Part shown: one piece after another, positions 28,704 through 32,000 of the stretch
Position numbering within the stretch: position 1 is the stretch's first letter
How the letters are laid out: every line of letters begins with the position of its first letter
Source of the DNA: Ruminococcus albus 7 = DSM 20455
GTDB lineage: Bacteria > Bacillota > Clostridia > Oscillospirales > Ruminococcaceae
Assembly: GCF_000179635.2 (NCBI RefSeq)
Contig: NC_014833.1
Location: 2,850,001 to 2,882,000, forward strand
Direction: 5' to 3'
DNA: 32,000 nt
Notes under the pieces: model-generated
Told to the model about the DNA's origin: nothing
Seen by the model: the letters and a program-made list of their open reading frames with translations, nothing else
Databases searched by the model: none
Position numbers and translations under genes: made by a program

Positions 28704-30053
28704 TTACATATTCTCTACAAGCTTAGCTATGCTGTTTGCGTACTCGGTTATAACAGCCGTGTCCTTGCCCTCTATCATAACTCTTACCAGTGGCTCGGTG
28801 CCCGATTCTCTTACGAGTATGCGTCCGTCGCCGCCCAGCTTTTCTTCATACATCTTTATAGCATCGGTTATCTCGGGTACAGTATCCCACTTGCCTTTAT
28901 TATCGGCAGTTATCTTGACATTCACAAGCACCTGGGGATAACATTCCATAACTGATGCCAGCTCGCTTGCCTTTTTGCCTGTTTTTGCCATTATCTGTAA
29001 GAACATAGCACCTGTCATCTCGCCGTCACCGGTGTTTGCATGGTCGAGAAGTATGATGTGTCCCGATTGCTCACCGCCTATGTTGTGACCGTTCTTCTGC
29101 ATCTCTTCAAGCACGTATCTGTCACCGACTTTGGTAGTAGCAGTAACTACGCCCTCTTTTTCAGCAAATTTGAAGAATCCAAGATTCGACATTACAGTAA
29201 CAACACAGCAGTCGTTTTTCAGAGTGCCCTCAGCCTTCATAAACTTCGAGAATATAGCCAGCAGCTTGTCACCGTCGATAAGTTCGCCGTTTTCGTCTAC
29301 TGCCAGACATCTGTCAGCATCGCCGTCAAATGCAAGACCTACATCGCAGCCATTCTCCACAACAGCCTTTTTCAGACCCTCCATATGTGTTGAACCGCAC
29401 TTTTCATTGATGTTAGTGCCGTCGGGCTTGTCGTTGGTCATAACGACCTCAGCGCCAAGACCCTCGAATATCTTCTGTGCGCATACGCTCGAAGAACCGT
29501 TGGCACAGTCAAGACATACCTTTATGCCCTTGAAGTCAACGTCAACGGTGCTCTTAACATGGGCGATATAATCGTTTACTGCATCAGCACAGACTTTCAT
29601 TCTGCCTACATTTACGCCCTCGCTGAGATTTTTCTCCATTTCCTCGGGAGTATCGAGTATAAGCGCTTCTATCTCGTTTTCAACATCGTCGGGAAGCTTG
29701 AAGCCCTCGCCCGAGAACAGCTTTATACCGTTGAATTCCACCGAGTTGTGCGAAGCGGATATCATCACGCCCGCATCAGCATTGTATTTTTTTACCAGCA
29801 TAGCAACCGCAGGAGTAGGCACTACTCCCAGCAGTACAGCATCCGCACCCACCGAGCATATGCCTGCGCAGAGAGCCGCCTCAAGCACATCACCCGATAT
29901 ACGTGTATCCTTGCCTATTATTATCTTCGGTCTGTGACCGCAGTCTTTTGCCAGCACCAAAGCCGCCGCTTTACCTATCTGAGTAGCCGTCTCCACTGTA
30001 AGCTCTGTTATAGCTACACCTCTTGCGCCGTCTGTACCAAATAATCTTCCCAT
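28704..30053 (-). CDS. glmM: Phosphoglucosamine mutase
   Basis: MGRLFGTDGARGVA N-terminus, active-site loop SASHNSVEFNGIK, Mg site FDGDADR, and GEQSGH. The 449 aa is the typical GlmM length. Confidence 0.95.
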   Translation of the reverse strand: MGRLFGTDGARGVAITELTVETATQIGKAAALVLAKDCGHRPKIIIGKDTRISGDVLEAALCAGICSVGADAVLLGVVPTPAVAMLVKKYNADAGVMISASHNSVEFNGIKLFSGEGFKLPDDVENEIEALILDTPEEMEKNLSEGVNVGRMKVCADAVNDYIAHVKSTVDVDFKGIKVCLDCANGSSSVCAQKIFEGLGAEVVMTNDKPDGTNINEKCGSTHMEGLKKAVVENGCDVGLAFDGDADRCLAVDENGELIDGDKLLAIFSKFMKAEGTLKNDCCVVTVMSNLGFFKFAEKEGVVTATTKVGDRYVLEEMQKNGHNIGGEQSGHIILLDHANTGDGEMTGAMFLQIMAKTGKKASELASVMECYPQVLVNVKITADNKGKWDTVPEITDAIKMYEEKLGGDGRILVRESGTEPLVRVMIEGKDTAVITEYANSIAKLVENM

Positions 30054-30126
30054 CTTGATCTTTTCTCCTTATAATTATTTTTCTATTACAAATATATGAT
30101 CGGGAATTTCTCCCGTTATTTGCATT

Positions 30127-30501
30127 TTAAATGTACTGTCTCACTACGCTAAGGGATCTGAAAAACTTTATATACCATATCATAACGCCTATCACCGCAC
30201 CTGTTATCAAGGCAAGTACGATGTCAGCCGCCAAAAGCTTTCCTGCGCCGATGTCTTTCCTTTTCACCGACATTCCCGAAAGCACACCGCCGATGACCGC
30301 CAGTATGAAGCTTACTCCTGCCGCGATCAGCGCTACAGCTTTGCCTGCCAGCAGTATCCAACCGTAGTTTTCAGGATCAACATTATTGAAACTGTTTGCC
30401 AACATATACGACGATACTATGCGCCACATCAGCGGAAAAAGCAGTACAGCCCATGCCGCCACCGTGACTTTCTTGGCTGTATAGTACAGCTTACTTCTCA
30501 T
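30127..30501 (-). CDS. Small integral membrane protein (about 124 aa)
   Basis: I prefer ATG 30501 (AGAGGT 5 nt upstream). The longer track ORF from 30612 overlaps the GNAT 3' end and adds a non-hydrophobic basic extension. There are 3-4 hydrophobic helices. Confidence 0.55.
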   Translation of the reverse strand: MRSKLYYTAKKVTVAAWAVLLFPLMWRIVSSYMLANSFNNVDPENYGWILLAGKAVALIAAGVSFILAVIGGVLSGMSVKRKDIGAGKLLAADIVLALITGAVIGVMIWYIKFFRSLSVVRQYI

Positions 30502-30604
30502 ATCATACCTCTTTATACTCCCTGTCCGCCGATGATGATAGCCACGGGTATGCGCACAAGTTTTTTTGCTTTTTTTAGTTGAGCGGAAGCCATTTTTGCC
30601 CCTT

Positions 30605-31087
30605 TCAGACATCTATAAACTCTATCAGCATTTCAAGTTCTGTCATGCCGTTTTCGTCCAGCACTTTTCCCGTGAACTCAAAGCCCATATGCTTGTAGAA
30701 ATCTATCGCATTCACATTGCCTTTCAGCACAAAAAGCGTGACCCTCCGCGCTTTCATTTCAGCGAAAGCCCTTTCCATAAGCGCCTTGCCGACACCTTTG
30801 CGCTGAAATTTTTTCAGCACATACAGTGCGACTATCTCGCCGCTTTCCTCACAGGTACAGAAGTCCCTTGCCCGCGGCAGAAAGCCTACCGCGCCTGCGG
30901 CTTCGCCGTCTGCATAGGCTATAAACTTATTTTCGGGAGAGAGCATTGCTCTTTCTGTCCACCGTTCAGCCCTGCGCCCATCGAGTATCTCATCTGGTAT
31001 CAGACCGCGGTAAGTTTCGCCCCAAGCATCGCATATCACTTTGCCGAAATCCTCGGCGTTTTCTGCACAGACAGAAACTATCTCCAC
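30605..31087 (-). CDS. GNAT-family N-acetyltransferase
   Basis: Acetyl-CoA motif A IVALYVLKKFQRKGVGKALMERA. The 160 aa begins at a GTG start with GAGGAGG 6 nt upstream. Confidence 0.85.
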   Translation of the reverse strand: MEIVSVCAENAEDFGKVICDAWGETYRGLIPDEILDGRRAERWTERAMLSPENKFIAYADGEAAGAVGFLPRARDFCTCEESGEIVALYVLKKFQRKGVGKALMERAFAEMKARRVTLFVLKGNVNAIDFYKHMGFEFTGKVLDENGMTELEMLIEFIDV

Positions 31088-31177
31088 CGCGCATCCTCCT
31101 CACATCAGCGAAAGTATTTTAACTGCTTGAAGAAGTCATATGCTTCACCTTTCAGAAAAAAATCTTAATAAGATCAA

Positions 31178-31498
31178 CTATAAGCTATGATGAAAACCAG
31201 CTATTACCGAACTAATTAACAAATAAGTCGGGTAACTGAATACTAAAACATTTATTATCCCCAGAATGATATGACCGGTCATGTAATAATCGCCTTTTAT
31301 TCTGACTGCCACAGAAGCTGCTAAGCCCCCGACAGACATTAAAATGCAAGGAATCGTCAAAAACACACAACTAAACCATAAAAATGCGAAAATAATATTG
31401 ATCTGAAAACAGCAGCCAATAAACAGTAATATCATTAAACCCGATGCACACAAAGACATCTTCGTAAGTGCTTTAGCAGCAGTAAATAATTTTTCCAT
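31178..31498 (-). CDS. Small integral membrane protein (106 aa)
   Basis: Three hydrophobic segments, with AAAGGAG upstream. I recognise no family. Confidence 0.5.
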   Translation of the reverse strand: MEKLFTAAKALTKMSLCASGLMILLFIGCCFQINIIFAFLWFSCVFLTIPCILMSVGGLAASVAVRIKGDYYMTGHIILGIINVLVFSYPTYLLISSVIAGFHHSL

Positions 31499-31569
31499 TA
31501 TCTGTAGTCTCCTTTATCATCTAGGTGCGTTGTTTCTCTTTGCCCGCACCAATAATTATGAATTATGAA

Positions 31570-32000
31570 TTAAAGATGCGTCTGCCCGTTTTTCAGTATC
31601 CCAAGATGGTCATACGCCAGCTGTGTCGCACAGCGTCCCCTCGGAGTCTTTGCCAGAAATCCCAGCTGCATAAGATATGGTTCACACACATCTTCAAGAG
31701 TTACCGCTTCTTCGCCTATGGCTGCCGCCAAGGTCGAAAGCCCCACAGGACCTCCGTTATAGCCCTTGATTATCATTTCAAGCAAACGCCTGTCAAGGCT
31801 GTCAAGCCCCAGTTTATCGACTTCCATACGGTTCAGGGCTATCTTCGCGATATCCTGAGTTATGCGCCCGTTGCCGATGACTTCGGCAAAATCGCGCACA
31901 CGTTTTAAGTAGCGGTTTGCTATTCGGGGGGTACACCTTGCGCGGGCGGCTATCTCAGTCGCACCGTCATCATCGCAGGAAACTCCCAGTATTGTTGCGG
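31570..32000 (-). CDS. ruvB: Holliday junction branch migration helicase RuvB (C-terminal part; 5' end beyond the right window edge)
   Basis: The frame is open to the window edge. The translation contains ..[77 protein letters not shown], typical of RuvB domain III. The track start at 31899 is internal. Confidence 0.9.
   Translation of the reverse strand, partial: ATILGVSCDDDGATEIAARARCTPRIANRYLKRVRDFAEVIGNGRITQDIAKIALNRMEVDKLGLDSLDRRLLEMIIKGYNGGPVGLSTLAAAIGEEAVTLEDVCEPYLMQLGFLAKTPRGRCATQLAYDHLGILKNGQTHL

Noticed and set aside
29040-30044. Several plus-strand ORFs of 79-161 aa
   Set aside because: They are antisense to glmM, which has all the diagnostic phosphohexomutase motifs.
30502-31168. 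N-terminal extension of the membrane protein ORF (to 30612) and a 200-aa plus-strand ORF (30566..31168)
   Set aside because: The extension overlaps the GNAT 3' end and is basic and non-hydrophobic, and there is a better SD at 30512..30507. The plus-strand ORF is antisense to the GNAT gene.
31525-31908. 127-aa plus-strand ORF
   Set aside because: It is antisense to ruvB.

Overview
The 16S sequence resembles Ruminococcus sensu stricto (Oscillospiraceae) from memory; this is not database-checked. Left third: a partial secreted protein with tandem cystatin-like repeats. It is followed by an AraC-type regulator divergent from two secreted rhamnogalacturonan-I enzymes, a PL11 lyase and a CE12 acetylesterase. 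The two enzyme genes share a related promoter/5'UTR/signal-peptide module. They also share a >99% identical 1.35-kb 3' cassette (two ricin-type CBM13 modules, an Fn3-like module, and the terminator). Next come cysE, a small hypothetical gene, a 604-aa surface protein carrying two more copies of the Fn3-like module, and an orphan immunity-like protein. Middle: a complete minus-strand rRNA operon (16S, tRNA-Ala, tRNA-Ile, 23S, 5S, tRNA-Asn, terminator). It is driven by four tandem near-consensus promoters, and all ORF-track calls inside it are spurious. Right third, almost all minus strand: sleB-like (the one plus-strand gene), ychF, a Cys-rich mini membrane protein, an apparently 5'-truncated orphan FtsX permease, and a SAM methyltransferase. 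An AT-rich lipoprotein islet follows. Then comes a six-gene cluster with gaps of 9 nt or less: unknown, NudC-like Nudix, two paralogous membrane proteins, a small acidic protein, and an HD small-alarmone-hydrolase-like protein. The window ends with glmM, a membrane protein, a GNAT, another membrane protein and partial ruvB. No CRISPR array, transposase, integrase or phage genes were seen. The best candidates for something undescribed are the swapped enzyme cassette and the Nudix/membrane/HD cluster. Function for both is inference only.
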